DNA from: Heterodontus francisci
Lineage: Eukaryota
Direction of reading: 5' to 3'
Assembly: GCF_036365525.1 (NCBI RefSeq)
Contig: NC_090391.1
Coordinates: forward strand, 85,944,085 to 86,008,084
DNA: 64,000 bases
In this document: in pieces, positions 40,272 through 53,314 of the stretch
Layout of the letters: each line of letters starts with the position of its first letter
Numbering within the stretch: position 1 is the first letter of the stretch
Program-made: the position numbers and the translations under genes
The notes under the pieces: model-generated
Databases searched by the model: none
Seen by the model: only the letters and a program-made list of their open reading frames with translations
What the model was told of the DNA's origin: nothing

Positions 40272-40450
40272 AGCTTTTTGAGAGACGTTATGGGTGGCTC
40301 TTAAAGTTCGGAACTCACATTTTATACACATCCCCAGAGCTCCATGTTAATGAAGGATGGGTGAAAACCATGTTCGTGATTGGCTGGTTTACAGTGAAGT
40401 CAATTCTTGAGATTCTGTATTTATCTGATTGGGTATCTAAAGTAACCAAT
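40272..40450 (-). pseudogene. Mirror copy of the CDS-less histone remnant
   Basis: Minus strand: CCAAT twice, ATTAACAT, TATAAAA, TTTAAGAGCCACCCA, AAAAAGCT. Confidence 0.55.
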
Positions 40451-40654
40451 CAAATTTAGTGCTCCGCGAAGCCACAATATTTCGCCGCAGTCAGCTCATC
40501 CATTGCTTTTGCCTGTCACCTATCCACCGATATCCCTGACTTTCTCACTCCCTCTGCTACTCTCTCTTCAACTGTTTCAGTTCTGTTGGCACCAGCCCGT
40601 CACCTTTTTCATTCTGCCCGGATCATTACTCCTCACGTCAGCTTACTCACAGAA

Positions 40655-40736
40655 GACAAGGTGGCCGAGTGATTAAAACGATGAACAGCTAATCTGTTGT
40701 GATCTGCATGCGTGTGTTTGAATTCCATACTCCTTG
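40655..40736 (+). tRNA. tRNA-Ser(GCT), pseudogene
   Basis: GACAAGGTGGCCGAGTGATTAAAACGATGAACAGCTAATCTGTTGTGATCTGCATGCGTGTGTTTGAATTCCATACTCCTTG. Confidence 0.83.
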
Positions 40737-41931
40737 TTTCTTAATGTTTAAAATAAGAGCACGGGCTTCGTGTTCCATTCGAGTGCACTGTTTATTTCTA
40801 AACAAGACATACGGATGTGTAAAATAAACACGGTGACGGGGTTGTAGTGGAGTATTGCATCCACTTCTGGTTATTTGAGGGTACAGAGGAGATTTATCAG
40901 AATGTGTGAAGCAGAGATGGGTTTGTTCTCCATTGGATCAACAACATTGAAACAGTTGAAGAGACAGTAGTGGAGGGAGTCAGAATGTCAGGGATATTAG
41001 TGGATAGGTGACAGGCAAGATCTCTGGACGAGCTGACTGAAAGGAGATTTACAACAAGTGTGAAACATCATGACAAGTGAGACAAGGAAAAACACTTCCC
41101 ATTAGCTCATTTTACAAGGACACAGTGACAAAAATTGAGAATTTTGGTAGGAGAATTGGGGCGAACACGGTGTGTGTGGTGATGATCTGGATCTCACTTC
41201 CCACAAGGGTGCTGGAAGTAGAGACAATCAATTATTCAAGAGATTATTGACACAGCATTTGAAGGAATTAAACTTGCAGAGATACAGGGATCGAGCGGTG
41301 GAGTGAGTGTGACTGGATTGCACTGTGGAGAGCTGTCATGGACTCGATGGGCCAAATAGCCTCCTTCGGTGCTGTAAATAACTCTATGTTTACTATTAGT
41401 TTCTGACTGAAAACTGATCAGTTTAGAGGCTATTTTAAATCTATATTTATTCAAAAAATGATAAATTTCCGGGAGACGTACATGGATGATGAGAATCATT
41501 TTATAAATTGCATTGACTTGTTCTGTTTTAAAACTGTTTTTTTTTAATATTTTGTCTGTGTGCAGCTTGTACTCTGTCCCCGTCAGTTCCTGGTCTGTGA
41601 GTGTGAGTTTACCTCTTTATCTTTCATTCTCTGTTTTATAAGTGTGGGTCCAATCTTTACCCAGAGCGCTGTTTGTGAACTGAACTTTACCTATCTCCCT
41701 TTTTATGATTGTTCAACAAAGATCTGCACTCTTGTTGCTGACTGAGAACTCATTTATTAGTTTAAAGGACATGTCTTGTTTAACATAAATTTCATTCAAA
41801 GAAAATCGAAGCTCAGCATTCTGGGAGATGCACATGAATGATGAGAGTCTATCTGTAAGTTTTAATTTGGAAATCACATTGAAAATTTTTAAGTTATAAA
41901 ATGAAGCTGCATGATACCAGAATTGAGGTCT

Positions 41932-42298
41932 ACAGTTAAAGAGACAGTAGCAGAGGGAGTCAGAAAGTCAGGGATATTGGTGGATAGGTGACATCAAGAT
42001 CAATGGACGAGCTGACTGAAGGGACATTTACAACAAGTGTGAAACATCATGACAAGTGAGACAAGGAAAAACAGTTCCCATTAGCTCATTGGACAAGGAC
42101 ATAGTGACAGAAATTGAGGATTTGGGGCTTGAGATGTCTGGCGAACACGGACTGAGTGGTGATGATCTGGAACTTACTTCCCATAAGGGAGCTGGAAGTA
42201 GAGACAATCAATTACTTCAAGAGATTATTGACACAGCGTTTGAAGGTATTAAACGTGCAGAGCTACAGGGATCGAGCGGTGGAGTGAGTGTGACTGGA
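41932..42298. repeat. Direct local duplicate of ~40952-41320
   Basis: acagtt..agagacagtag..gagggagtcaga through gagtgagtgtgactgga occurs twice. Confidence 0.85.
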
Positions 42299-42974
42299 CT
42301 CACCGGACACACAAACACAGTGACAATAGAGCCCGTCCCAGAGTTCCAGCTCCCGGTTGTTAAATGTCCTCATGTACACAGTCTTTGCTGTGAATCTCTG
42401 GGGTTAGTTGCCGATTCCTTGCCCTGTATCCCTGAAACACTCGGAGCCAGGAGATCATCGCTCTCCCTTTTGAAAGATTTATTGACAGGAATTTTTTGAA
42501 ACTTTGGCTGAGTCGATCATAACCTGCTGTTCAATTAAAGTATTATTCAAAGAATTAATGAGACATTCTGTTCACTACTTGGGTCTTGAACTCGTTTTGA
42601 GCAGATCAACAAGTGAAAGGTTCAACATTTTTGCAGAGATAACAGACAGAGCTGGATAGAGGGACTCAGGGTTAATCCTGCACACACAGGACAGTAGGAG
42701 TGACAGTCACACAGGGACGGGAACTGATCTCGATTCCGTTGCCTACTCACCCAACAAGGACAGTTCGGGACTGACTAAACATCCAACTCACTATAATTCA
42801 GTGCCGGAGAAAGACAGAGGCTTGTCCACTCCATCTTTCCTTACTGTATCTGGGACATTATGTAAGGGAATGTGTTCCAGTGCCTCTCACTCGCAGACAG
42901 CAACTGACATGTGTTGAAACAGTCAGTGTTAGTCTTTCACTTACCATGAACAGGCGCCTCACCAAGAACCTGTA

Positions 42975-43305
42975 AATCCAATATCCCGAAGCAGCTGTTC
43001 TACTCAGAACTTGGTCAAGGTAGGAGAACCCCAGGAGGACAGTGGAAACACTTCAGAGATGTCCTCAAATCATCCCTCATTTGGGAAGACATTGTACACT
43101 TCAGGGATATTTGTCAGGAACATGCAAAGGTGAACTCGAGGCAGCGAAGGGAGCATCCAAACCTCCGATGCAGTCATTTACCTGATCCTTCCAGCACCAC
43201 CTGTCCCTGATATGACAGAGTCTGCAGATCATGCATTGGACTTATCAGCCATTTCAGAACCCATAAAACTGGAGTGGAAAAAAGTCATCCCTGATCGCGA
43301 GGGAC
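42975..43305 (+). mobile_element. RTE LINE 3' fragment
   Basis: Translates PKQLFYSELGQGRRTPGGQWKHFRDVLK. Confidence 0.75.
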
Positions 43306-44182
43306 TGTCTGAGATGGCAGAGAATAAATAAGCCAATATAATGATCAGCAATAATAATGAACTGGATAGGGAAGAGATAGAGAGCAGGGCGATAGAATAG
43401 GGAGGGGAAGTGGCCTGTGACGTTTATATAATGTAACACATTGACAGAGATCCTGTTCTATTTGGGTAAATACTTATTCAAGATAGAAAAATGTGAACTA
43501 GTCTCTCGCTGACATATTGTACCAGAGCCAACCACTCTATTATTTCCAAACTCAAAACAGGGCCAGATTATGAACAAATACTGTATTTCTCACTGAACCA
43601 CTTTTACCTGTTGGACTCTCTGCAGATTCGCAGGACAAGGATGGTTGAATCTACACACATTACAGATGTTACCCGATTCTTTCCATTTTAGCAAGGATCC
43701 TAAAGGTTACATTCTTGCTGATGCCAGAACTTTTTTTTCTTTAATTCTGCCTTCATCTCATCTCTCTGCCTGCAAGGAGTGCTGGTGTCTCTCCCATTGT
43801 TCTCACACAAAGGTTTAAACAAAGTATAGACTTGAAAACACATTTCATAATAAAGCAAGCAACAGATCAAACAGACTTCAATATATTGACGTACAAAGCA
43901 TATCATTCGTCCGATTACTTTCGCTTTCCTTATTTTTTACAAACGTAAAATATGTCACGGTCCATCGCCCCCACATTGTGGATTCTTCTCCAGCTACATG
44001 ACTTGCCTTTTTTTCCTATGGCTACGTGCATCTTCCACACTGACACATTTCTCAACATGACATTTTGACGTAGTTCAGTGAAGATGACCGTCATGCTTGA
44101 CAATCCAACCTTGACATTGCGGTTCTTGCATAAATGTAAGCTATGTAAATGCTCTAAACTTTACACAGCGGTGAGCAGTGTT

Positions 44183-44500
44183 CAGTGGTGCAGTGGTTAG
44201 CCTCACAGCTCCAGTGACCTGAGTTCAATTCTGGGCACTGCCTGTGTGTAGTTTGCAAGGTCTCCCTGTGTTTGCGTGGGTTCCATCCGGATGCTCCAGT
44301 TTCCACCCACATGCCAAAGACTTGCAGGTAGGTAGGTAAATTGGCCATTAGCCAATGTGTAGGTAGGGAAATATAGGACAGGTGGGGATGTGATCGGAAT
44401 ATGGGATTAGTGTAGCATTAGTATAAATGGGTGGTTGATGGTCGGCACAGTCTCGGTGGGCCGAAGGGCCTGTTTCAGTGGTGTATCTCTAAACTAAACT
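44183..44500 (+). mobile_element. HE1-like tRNA SINE, copy-specific
   Basis: tggtgcagtggttagc...gagttcaattc...ggccgaagggcctgtttcagtg and a (taaac)n tail; empty sites at ~425 and ~47125. Confidence 0.9.
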
Positions 44501-45037
44501 AAAATCTGGTGTATTGGACAGAAACTATCAGTTGATCTATCAAAGTCTCTTGGTGTTATGCTCCTAGCCATGCTTACAACACAACTATTCTTTTCTTCTT
44601 GAAAAGCTTGGATAGATGGCTCTGGATTGTGTATCTCAGTAAGTGGTTGTTCTCCTTCCAGCAATGTGGATTGAGGGGAAATTTGATACAGGTGTACGTA
44701 ATTTAGACAAGGAGAACCTGTTCCCATTAGTTGATGGTGCAAGAACTAGGAGAGAGAGAAAATTGGTTTTGGGGAAGAGATGCAGGGGAATGTTGTTTTA
44801 CCTGCTGCAACTGTCTGTCCACAAGTGTGGTGGAAGCAGAGACAATCAATGATTTCAATAGGAAATTGTAGAAACACTTGAAGGAAACAAACTTGCTGCA
44901 GAGCGACGTCGAACAAGCAGGAGAATGAATCTGATTGGATGATGAGAATATTTTATCAACTTCAATTCTGTAATAGCTTTGACAATTTTTTCCTTTGTAA
45001 AATACTGCAACATAAAGATGACCTGCGATTGGACATT

Positions 45038-45145
45038 GCGGTGACCAAGCACAACAGCTCCTTGCAGATCACCACAATGTACAAAAATAAAGCACCATGC
45101 ACACCGGCTCTTTTAAGATCCACTGACAGCATCTCTGAAAGAATC
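45038..45145 (+). pseudogene. Histone H2B 3'-end remnant, second copy
   Basis: gcggtgaccaagcacaacagctcc (AVTKHNSS) and ggctcttttaagatcc. Confidence 0.62.
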
Positions 45146-45295
45146 GATTTACTGCAGTTATTTGAATACCAACTGCTCACATTTCAGCTGAAGGTAACTT
45201 CGAGATCTCCGACAAGACCGTTCATGGATCAGTTCGATCATTGCGCCACTTTTTAATTCCCTGCCTTCAAATAAATACCGGCCAACGATCTGTAT

Positions 45296-45720
45296 TGTAC
45301 CTGTCAGTTCCTGGTATGTGAATGTTGATTTGACTCTGTACCTATCACTTCCTGGTATGTGAATGTAGATTTTACTCCGTACCTGTCAGTTTCTGGTATG
45401 TGAATGTTGATTTTACTCTGTATCTGTCAGTTCCTGGGATGTGAATGTTGATTTTACTCTGTACCTGTCAGTTTTTGGTATGTGAATGTTGATTTTACTC
45501 TGTACCTGTCAGTTCCTGGTATGTGAATGTTGATTTTACTCTGTACCTGTCAGCTTTTGGTATGTGAATGTTGATTTTACTCTGTATCTGTCAGTTCCTG
45601 GGATGTGAATGTTGATTTTACTCTGTAACTGTCAGTTCCTGGTATGTGAATGTTGATTTTACTCTGTATCTGTCAGTTCCTGGTATGTGAATGTTGATTT
45701 TACTCTGCATCTGTCAGTTT
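45296..45720. repeat. 41-bp tandem array, about 10 units
   Basis: Same unit and same flanks as 1641-2516. Confidence 0.97.
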
Positions 45721-46210
45721 CAGCAATGAGAGGGGTCAACAGAAGATCGTTAGCTCTGAGAAGGAGAAGGTAGAACACAATCAAGAAAACACAGCAAAGG
45801 AAGAAGAAGGAGAGAAGTCCGTGCCGCAGCAAGCACAGAAACAAGAACGGATGTTGTGTGTTACTGAATATCTATTACCATTGTTAAGTATTAACTTTGT
45901 ACATCTTAGTTAAGCCTAATAAACTCTCTGACTTGGTCACATAACTTGAGTTTGTACCTTGTAGGTCTATCTTGGTCAGGAATCTAAAGGTGAGATGGGT
46001 TGGGTATTCTCTGTCTCACCTCTGTTCAGGTAACATCTACCTGAAACTTCCAGCTCTTTACTATATGCATACATTGCTATGTATTTTGTCCTCCTCAAAC
46101 TTCGAAAATGTGGGCCCGATAAAAACATTATTCTTTGTACATTTTTCTGCGTCACTCCACTGCATAGTTCTGCCCAGTAAGCAAAAAGTATCAGTTCACG
46201 ACGAAATTCT

Positions 46211-46400
46211 AAAATAAAAGCAAAATACTGCGGATGCTGGAAATCTGAAATAAAAACAAGAAATGCTGGAAATACTCAGCAGTTCTGGCAGCATCTGTGG
46301 AGAGAGAAGCAGAGTTAACGTTTCAGGTGAGTGACCTTTGATCAGAATATTTGCAGCACTTTCTGTTTTTATTTCACATTTCCAGCATTCACAGTATTGT
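46211..46400 (-). mobile_element. Penelope-like terminal fragment at an inversion junction
   Basis: Left flank matches ~3000; right part is the reverse complement of 1147-1240. Confidence 0.7.
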
Positions 46401-46497
46401 CTTTTTATTAACGGAAACGTATTGCTCAGGTACAAGTTAAAATGATTGCAAAGCGTTCTGTTAATCACACCGACGCCCGAAGCAGACAATATCGTAA

Positions 46498-46569
46498 GCG
46501 ATGGTGGTATAGCAGTGAGCACAGCTGCCTTCCAAGCGTTTGACTTGTGTTCGATTCCCGGACGTCGCA
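46498..46569 (+). tRNA. tRNA-Gly(TCC), probable pseudogene
   Basis: GCGATGGTGGTATAGCAGTGAGCACAGCTGCCTTCCAAGCGTTTGACTTGTGTTCGATTCCCGGACGTCGCA; B box intact, D-loop GG and stems mutated, no adjacent T-run. Confidence 0.85.
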
Positions 46570-48295
46570 CTCTTAAATTGCAGGTTTACTTCATGTTGCA
46601 GTATTTTACAAAGGAAAAAAATGTCAAAGTCTTGACAGAATTGAAATTGATAAAATATTCTCATCATCCAATCAGATTCATTCTCCTGCTTGATCAGCAT
46701 CGCCCTGCAGCAAGTTTGTTTCCTTCAAGTGTTTCTCCAATTTCCTATTGAAATCATTGATTGTCTCTGCTTCCACCACACTTGTGGGCAGACAGTTGTC
46801 GCAGGGAAAGCAAAAAGTGCTTCCTCACATTTCGCTGCATCTCTTTCCCAAAACCATCAATCTGTGTCTCCTGGTCCTTGTACCATCAACTAATGGGAAC
46901 AGGTTCTCCTTGTCTAACTTACCTATACCTGCATCAGATCTCCACTCAATCCACATTACTGGAAGGAGAACAACCACTTACTGAGATAACACAATCCAGA
47001 GCCATCTATCCAAGCTTTTCAATAACAAAATAATAGTTGTGTTGTAAGTAAAATAGATGGGAGCATAACATCAAGAGACTTTGATAGATCTGATTGTCTC
47101 TGCCCAACGCACCAGATTTTCTGTATCACCTGAACACTGCTCACCGCTGTGTAAAGTTTAGAGTATTTTCATAGCTTACATTTATGCAAGAACTGCAATG
47201 TCAATGTTGGATTGTAAAGCATGACGGTCATCTTCACTGAACTATGTTAAAATCTCATGTTGAGAGATGTCTCAGTGTGGAAGATGCACGGAGCCATGGG
47301 AAAAAAAAGACAACCCATGCAGCTGGAGGGGGATCCACAATGTGGGGGCGATGGACCATGACATATTTTGCGTTTGTGACAAATAAGGACAGCTAAAATA
47401 ATAGGATTAATGATATGCTTTGTACCTCAATATATTGAAGTCTGTTTGGTCTGTTGCTTGCTTTATTATGAAATGTGTTTTCAAGGCTATACTTTGTTTA
47501 GACATTTGTGTGAGGACAATGGGAAGGAAACCAGCACTCCTTGCAGGGAGAGAGATGGGATAAAGGCAGAATTAAAGAAAAAAATGTCTGGGATCAGTAA
47601 GAATGTAACCTTTAGAATCTTTGCTAAAATAGAAAGAATCGGGAAACATCTGTAATGTGTGTAGATTCAACCATGAACTAACTAGTGTCAAACAATGATG
47701 TCAACCTGGACCAATTAAGACACTTAGAACAATTCAAAACTAATATGGTAACATCCTTGCACCACAAGAAGGATAAAAGAAAGTGTTTAACAGTACATCG
47801 TCAGCACACTTACACAGGATTCAACAGAAGATCGTTGGTACTTAAAAGGACAAGATAGAATACAGTCAAGAAAACACAGCAAGGGATGAAGAAGGAGAGA
47901 AGTCCGTGCTGCAGCAAGCACAGAAACAAGAACGGGTGTTGTGTGTTACAGAATATATATTGCCTTGTTAATTATTAACTTTGTGCATCTTAGTTAAACC
48001 TAATAAACTCTCAGACTTGATCACAGAATCTGAGTTTGTACCTTGTAGGTCTATTCTGGTCAGGAATCTAAAGGTGAGAAGGACTGGGTATTCTCTGTCT
48101 CACCTCTGTTCAGATAACATCTACCTGAAACTTACAGCTCTTTACTATTTGCATACATTACTGTGTATTTTGTCCTCCTCAACCTTCAACATTGTGGGCG
48201 CTATTGAAGTAATGTTCTTCGTACAGTTTTCTGCGTCACCCCACTGCATAGTTCTGCCCAGTCAGCAGAAAGGATCAGTTCACTACTAAACTCTA

Positions 48296-48530
48296 AAATA
48301 AAAGCAAAATACTGCGGATGCTGGAGATCTGAAATAAAAACAAGAAATACTGGAAATACTCAACAGGTCTGGCAGCATCTCTGGAGAGAGAAGCAACGTT
48401 AACGTTACCGGTCTGTGACCCTACTTCAGAACGAGCAAATATTCGAATTGTCAAAGGTTATAAGCAAGTAAAGCGGGGGTGTGGGGCAAGAGATAACAAA
48501 GGAGAAGGTGTAATTAAGACAAGGTCACAG
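48296..48530 (-). mobile_element. Penelope-like terminal fragment
   Basis: Paralogue of 3010-3253. Confidence 0.65.
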
Positions 48531-49489
48531 AGTAGCTTCCTATCCTTTAACCAACTACCATCTCATACCAGTGTCAATTTTAACATGCATTTCTATTCTC
48601 CATGTAAGTCTGTTATTCACTACTTGATTGAATGCCTTTGGAAGAGCATATATCCAATAATTACTGTACTACCTTCAGTAACTTCAACCACAAGAATTCA
48701 ATCATGTTAGTCGCACATGATTTGCCCTGAACAAATCCGTACTGGTTGTCCTTTATTAACTCACCACTGATGTCAAAAATAATAGTCTTTGTTACCAGAT
48801 TTTTCATTCTCCTGATTCTGCCTGCTTGTAATCATGGTGATAGGGTGGATATGGGATATTTTGTACAAATCATTATCATGATTATTTCAATGATTGTCGC
48901 TGCAAACAACCTTTGAATTATGTAGATCAAAAGCAAATTAATGGTAACGTGTGTGACACTGAGACTGGACGATGGTCGGAATAAAGCGGAGGAAGGGGTG
49001 AGGGGGCGGCTCCTAAACTGTCCAAACGGATCTCGTCGAAGTGCAAAAGTGAATCCGAGTTTTTGAGGGATGAAAGTGAAACATCTGATAGTCTCTGCTT
49101 AATGTCATCAGAATGAATCTCTCAGTGACTGAAAATATATCTGAATGGCCTTGTCCTGCGAATCTGCAGAGAGTCCAACAGGTAAAAGTGGTTCAGTGAG
49201 AAATACAGTATTTGTTCATAATCTGGCCCTGTTTTGAGTTTGGAAATAATAGAGAGGTTGTCTCTGGTACAATATGTCAGCGAGAGAGTAGGTTACATTT
49301 TTCTATCTTGAATATGTCTTTACCCAAATAGAACAGGATCTCTGTCAATGTGTTACATTATATAAACGTCACAGGCCACTTCCCCTCCCTATTCTATCGC
49401 CCTGCTCTCGATCTCCTCCCTATCCAGTTCATTATTATTGCTGATCATTATATTGGCTTATTTATTCTCTTCCATCTCAGACAGTCCCT

Positions 49490-49815
49490 CGCGATCCAGG
49501 ATGACTTTTCTCCACTCCAGTTTGATGAGTTCTGAAATGGCTGATAAGTCCAATGCATGATATGCAGACTCTGTCATATCAGGGACAGGTAGTGCTGGAA
49601 GGGTCAGATAAATGACTGCATTGGAGGTGTGGGTGCTGCCTTCGCTGCCTCGAGTTCGCCTTTGCATGTTCCTGACAAATATCCCTGAAGTGTACAATGT
49701 CTTCCCAAATGAGGGATGATTTGAGGACAATTCTGAAGTGTTTCCACTGTCCTTCTGGGGTTCTCCTGCCATGACCAAGTTCTGAGTGGAACAGCTGCTT
49801 CGGGATATTGGATTT
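49490..49815 (-). mobile_element. RTE LINE 3' fragment
   Basis: Paralogue of 4620-4950. Confidence 0.7.
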
Positions 49816-50894
49816 ACAGGTTCTTGGAGAGGCGCCTATTCATGGAAAGTGAAAGATTAGCACTGACTGTCTGAACACATGTCAGTTGTTGTCTGAGAGT
49901 GAGAGGCACTGGAACACTTTCCAATACATAATGTCCCAGACACAGTAAGGAAAGATGGAGTGGACAAGTCTCTGTCTTTCTCCAGTACTGAATTATAGTG
50001 AGTTGGATGTTCAGTCAGTCCCGAACTGTCCTTGTTGGGTGAGTAGGCAACGGAATCGAGACTATTTCCCGTCCCTGTGTGACTGTCACTCAAACTGTCC
50101 TGTGTGTGCACGATTAACCCAGAGTCCCTCTATCCAGCTCTGTCTGTTATATCTGGAAAAATGCTGAACCTTTCACTTGTTGATCTGCTCAAATCGAGTT
50201 CAAGACCGAAGTAGTGAACAGAATGTCTCATTAATTCTTTCAATAATACTATGATTGAACAGCAGGTTATGATCGACTCAGCCAAATTTTAGAAAAATTC
50301 CTGTCCATATATCTTTCAAAAGGGAGTGTGAGGATCTCCTGGCTCCGAGTGTTTAGGGGATACAGGACTAGACATCGGCAACTGAGCCCTGAAAATTCAC
50401 AGCAAAGACTGTGTACATGAGGACATTTAACAACCGGGAGCTGAAACTCTCGGATGAGCTCTATTGTCACTGTGTTTGTGTGTCCGGGATAATCGCGGCA
50501 GCTCCGTGTCTCTTGTTTGGAATGAAACGCTGAAGATCGCCATTCGGTATTACTCACATTGACCGCGGGTTTCACTCCGGTTAGACAAACCTTTTCTGGC
50601 TGAAATTAATTCTACAAGGTCCCAGCAAACACACCGACTCCCTCCTTCCTCCCATGTTTCTGTCGGATTGTTTTGAGAGGAGGGTCTCAACAATAACAAA
50701 CACCCTGCAGGGAGAGACGGCAATTTGAACATCTAAATGGGATAAACTCCCGGCATTCTAGGTTAGAGATTCCCTCCACCCCCTCCCCACCCTCCCTCCA
50801 CCCTAACCCCATGTTCAGTTTCATTGTTCACACATTGACGAGGGTGAAATGGGGAAAGTTCCCATTGAGTTTTGAACGCTGAATTGTTGCAGAG

Positions 50895-51060
50895 ATCTGC
50901 GCAAGTGCAGTATAGCTCCGACCACTGGGACGTCATAATGAAGTGAAGAGCGCATGCGCACCCCTCCCCCAACACTGTCTCTGAGCGTCATTCAGTGAGT
51001 GAGCGGAAGATTGTTTCAATCAGCTGCGAATGGAGACATCCGGGTCCCGGGGTCAGTGAA
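50895..51060 (+). promoter_or_regulatory. Orphan NRF1/CRE cassette
   Basis: gacgtca and GCGCATGCGCA at ~50950; donor mutated to gtcagt. Confidence 0.5.
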
Positions 51061-51181
51061 CAAACAACATCTGCGTCCAGCAGCAACACCAGTTTGGGAG
51101 CGAGTCTGCAGATGTGTTCAGAGATTAACATTGAATAGCGGGAAGTTCAGCGGGGAATCGGGGACTGTGTGGAATGTACAC

Positions 51182-51530
51182 TAGAGGCCTGGATACCCGT
51201 GTCCAACCCGAGCGGGACCCGAGCACATGTGTCTGCCTCGGCTCGGGCCCAGCTTGTGGCTCTGGCTTTCGGACTCGTGTTCGGTTCAGACACACTCGGT
51301 CAGTCTCTGCTGGTCAGAATTGAAATTTAAAAAAACTGACCGGAGCTGGGAGTCCGGGTCGGAATTGAGTCTGCGCAATGAGCCGGTGCCGTCACTTTGC
51401 CCTCATCACGCATGCGCTGCAGCTTCTTGCAGGTTGAGTGTCAGGAAGGGAAGAAAAGGAATGGTCAGGTTGGGTCGGGTTCGGGTTCCGCTTTGGTTCG
51501 GTCAGGTACTGTGTGTGTGTGTGTAGACTA
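51182..51530 (+). mobile_element. Probable hAT transposon end
   Basis: Begins TAGAGGCCTG; acccga/tcgggt repeats. Confidence 0.5.
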
Positions 51531-51906
51531 GAGTCCTGACAGTGAATAGGTTATATTTTTAATACAAATACTGTATATTTTATCATCATTTTGTAATAAT
51601 TAATCACCGAGAACATTACTGCTCTTTGCATCTCAGCTGCTCACTGGATAAACTTGCAGCAAGTATTTCAACCTGGAAAGCAGGAGTCTACATAATGTAT
51701 AATGATATTTACTGAGCCTTTGGGCAATCACTATGTTTATTTTAAGCAATACAGTTACTGGTACAGTGTGGCACAACTCCATGGGTTTCTGTTTAACTCA
51801 TGACCAAACAATCACTGACGTCGTGGCTCCAATCTTCATCTTTTTAAACAACTTTTCAAGTCCGATTAATACTGTGTTTGTCCGAACCGAGCCCAAGAGC
51901 TCGACC

Positions 51907-52158
51907 CCTGATGTCTTGCAGTTTTTGGTGGATTTCCTCCGACCATTTTATGAAGCTCAGAGGGAACTTGAGGGAGACCAATATCCTACATTGAACCTAG
52001 TAATTCCGTGGTTTCAGAAACTTAGACGACTCTGTATGCCACTGTCTTCACATACTCCAACACAAGCAGTTGTCAGGGAACGGAACAGACAGTGGCTTCT
52101 CAAGAAAGTTAAAATAAATGACGAGCACAAAATAGCGACATTTCTCGGGCCAAAACTG
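51907..52158 (+). mobile_element. hAT-superfamily transposase fragment
   Basis: LVDFLRPFYEAQRELEGDQYPTLNLVIP...HKIATFLGPK matches the hAT L.PF...LE...PT and A.FL.P motifs. Confidence 0.82.
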
Positions 52159-52159
52159 C

Positions 52160-52305
52160 ACACAATACTGCAGGTACAGTCTCAAAAAGGCTCGATTTCA
52201 TTGCAGCAAGACATCTTTACTCCAATACTCATCCTCTTGCAATGAAGGCCAACATACTATTTACCTTGTTAATTGCATGCTGTACCTGCAAGTTACCTTC
52301 AGTGA
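52160..52305 (-). mobile_element. CR1 LINE fragment
   Basis: ctgcacacaatact...cttgcaatgaaggccaacatac...ttaattgc. Confidence 0.7.
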
Positions 52306-52355
52306 AAGGAAAGATTGATTGATTGGAATAATGACAGATCAGATAGCAGGCTTTC

Positions 52356-53314
52356 CCTGTGCTGTCTGATTGTTAATGTACAGTACTGCAGATTCCCGGT
52401 AATGTCTGATCATTAGTCTACAGTACTGCAGATTCCCGGTGCTGTCTGATCATTAGTCTACAGTACTGCAGATTCCCGGTAATGTCTGATCATTAGTCTA
52501 CAGTACTGCCGATTCCCGGTGCTGTCTGATCATTAGTCTACAGTACTGCAGATTCCCAGTGCTGTCTGATCATTGGTCGACAGTACTGCAGATTCCCGGT
52601 GCTGTCTGATCATTAGTCTGCAATCCTGCAGATTCCCGGTGCTGTCTGATCATTGGTCTACAGTACTGCAGATTCCCGGTATTGTCTGATCATTAGTCTA
52701 CAGTACTGCAGATTCCCGGTGCTGTCTGATCATTAGTCTACAGTACTGCAGATTCCCAGTGCTGTCTGATCATTGGTCGACAGTACTACAGATTCCCGGT
52801 GCTGTCTGATCATTAGTCTGCAATCCTGCAGATTCCCGGTGCTGTCTGATCATTGGTCTACAGTACTGCAGATTCCCGGTGCTGTCTGATCATTAGTCTA
52901 CAGTACTGCAGATTCCCGGTGCTGTCTGATCATTCGTCTACAGTACTGCAGATTCCCGGTGCTGTCTGATCATTAGTCTACATTACTGCAGATTACCGGT
53001 GCTGTCTGATCATTAGTCTACAGTAATGCAGATTCCCGGTGCTGTCTGATCATTAGTCTACAGTACTGCAGATTCCAAGTGCTGTCTGATCATTGGTCTG
53101 CAGTACTGCAGATTCCCGGTGCTGTCTGATCATTAGTCTACAGTACTGCAGATTCCCGGTGCTGTCTGATCATTAGTCTACAGTACTGCAGATTCCCGGT
53201 GCTGTCTGATCATTAGTCTACAGTACTGCAGATTCCCGGTGCTGTCTGATCATTAGTCTGCAGTACTGCATATTCCCAGTGCTGTCTGATCATTAGTCTA
53301 CAGTACTGCAGATC
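52356..53314 (-). repeat. 40-bp tandem array, about 24 units, inverted relative to 29874-31990
   Basis: Unit cagtactgcagattcccggtgctgtctgatcattagtcta; a variant block repeats at a 200-bp period (52551, 52751). Confidence 0.98.

Noticed and set aside
42056-42499. 147-aa ORF as a novel gene
   Set aside because: It spans a duplication junction (~42298) joining a CR1-derived piece to block D, and it is not open in the paralogues
51733-52245. 170-aa domesticated transposase gene
   Set aside because: It is a chimera of duplicated non-coding flank, a short hAT fragment and antisense CR1, and most of the transposase is missing
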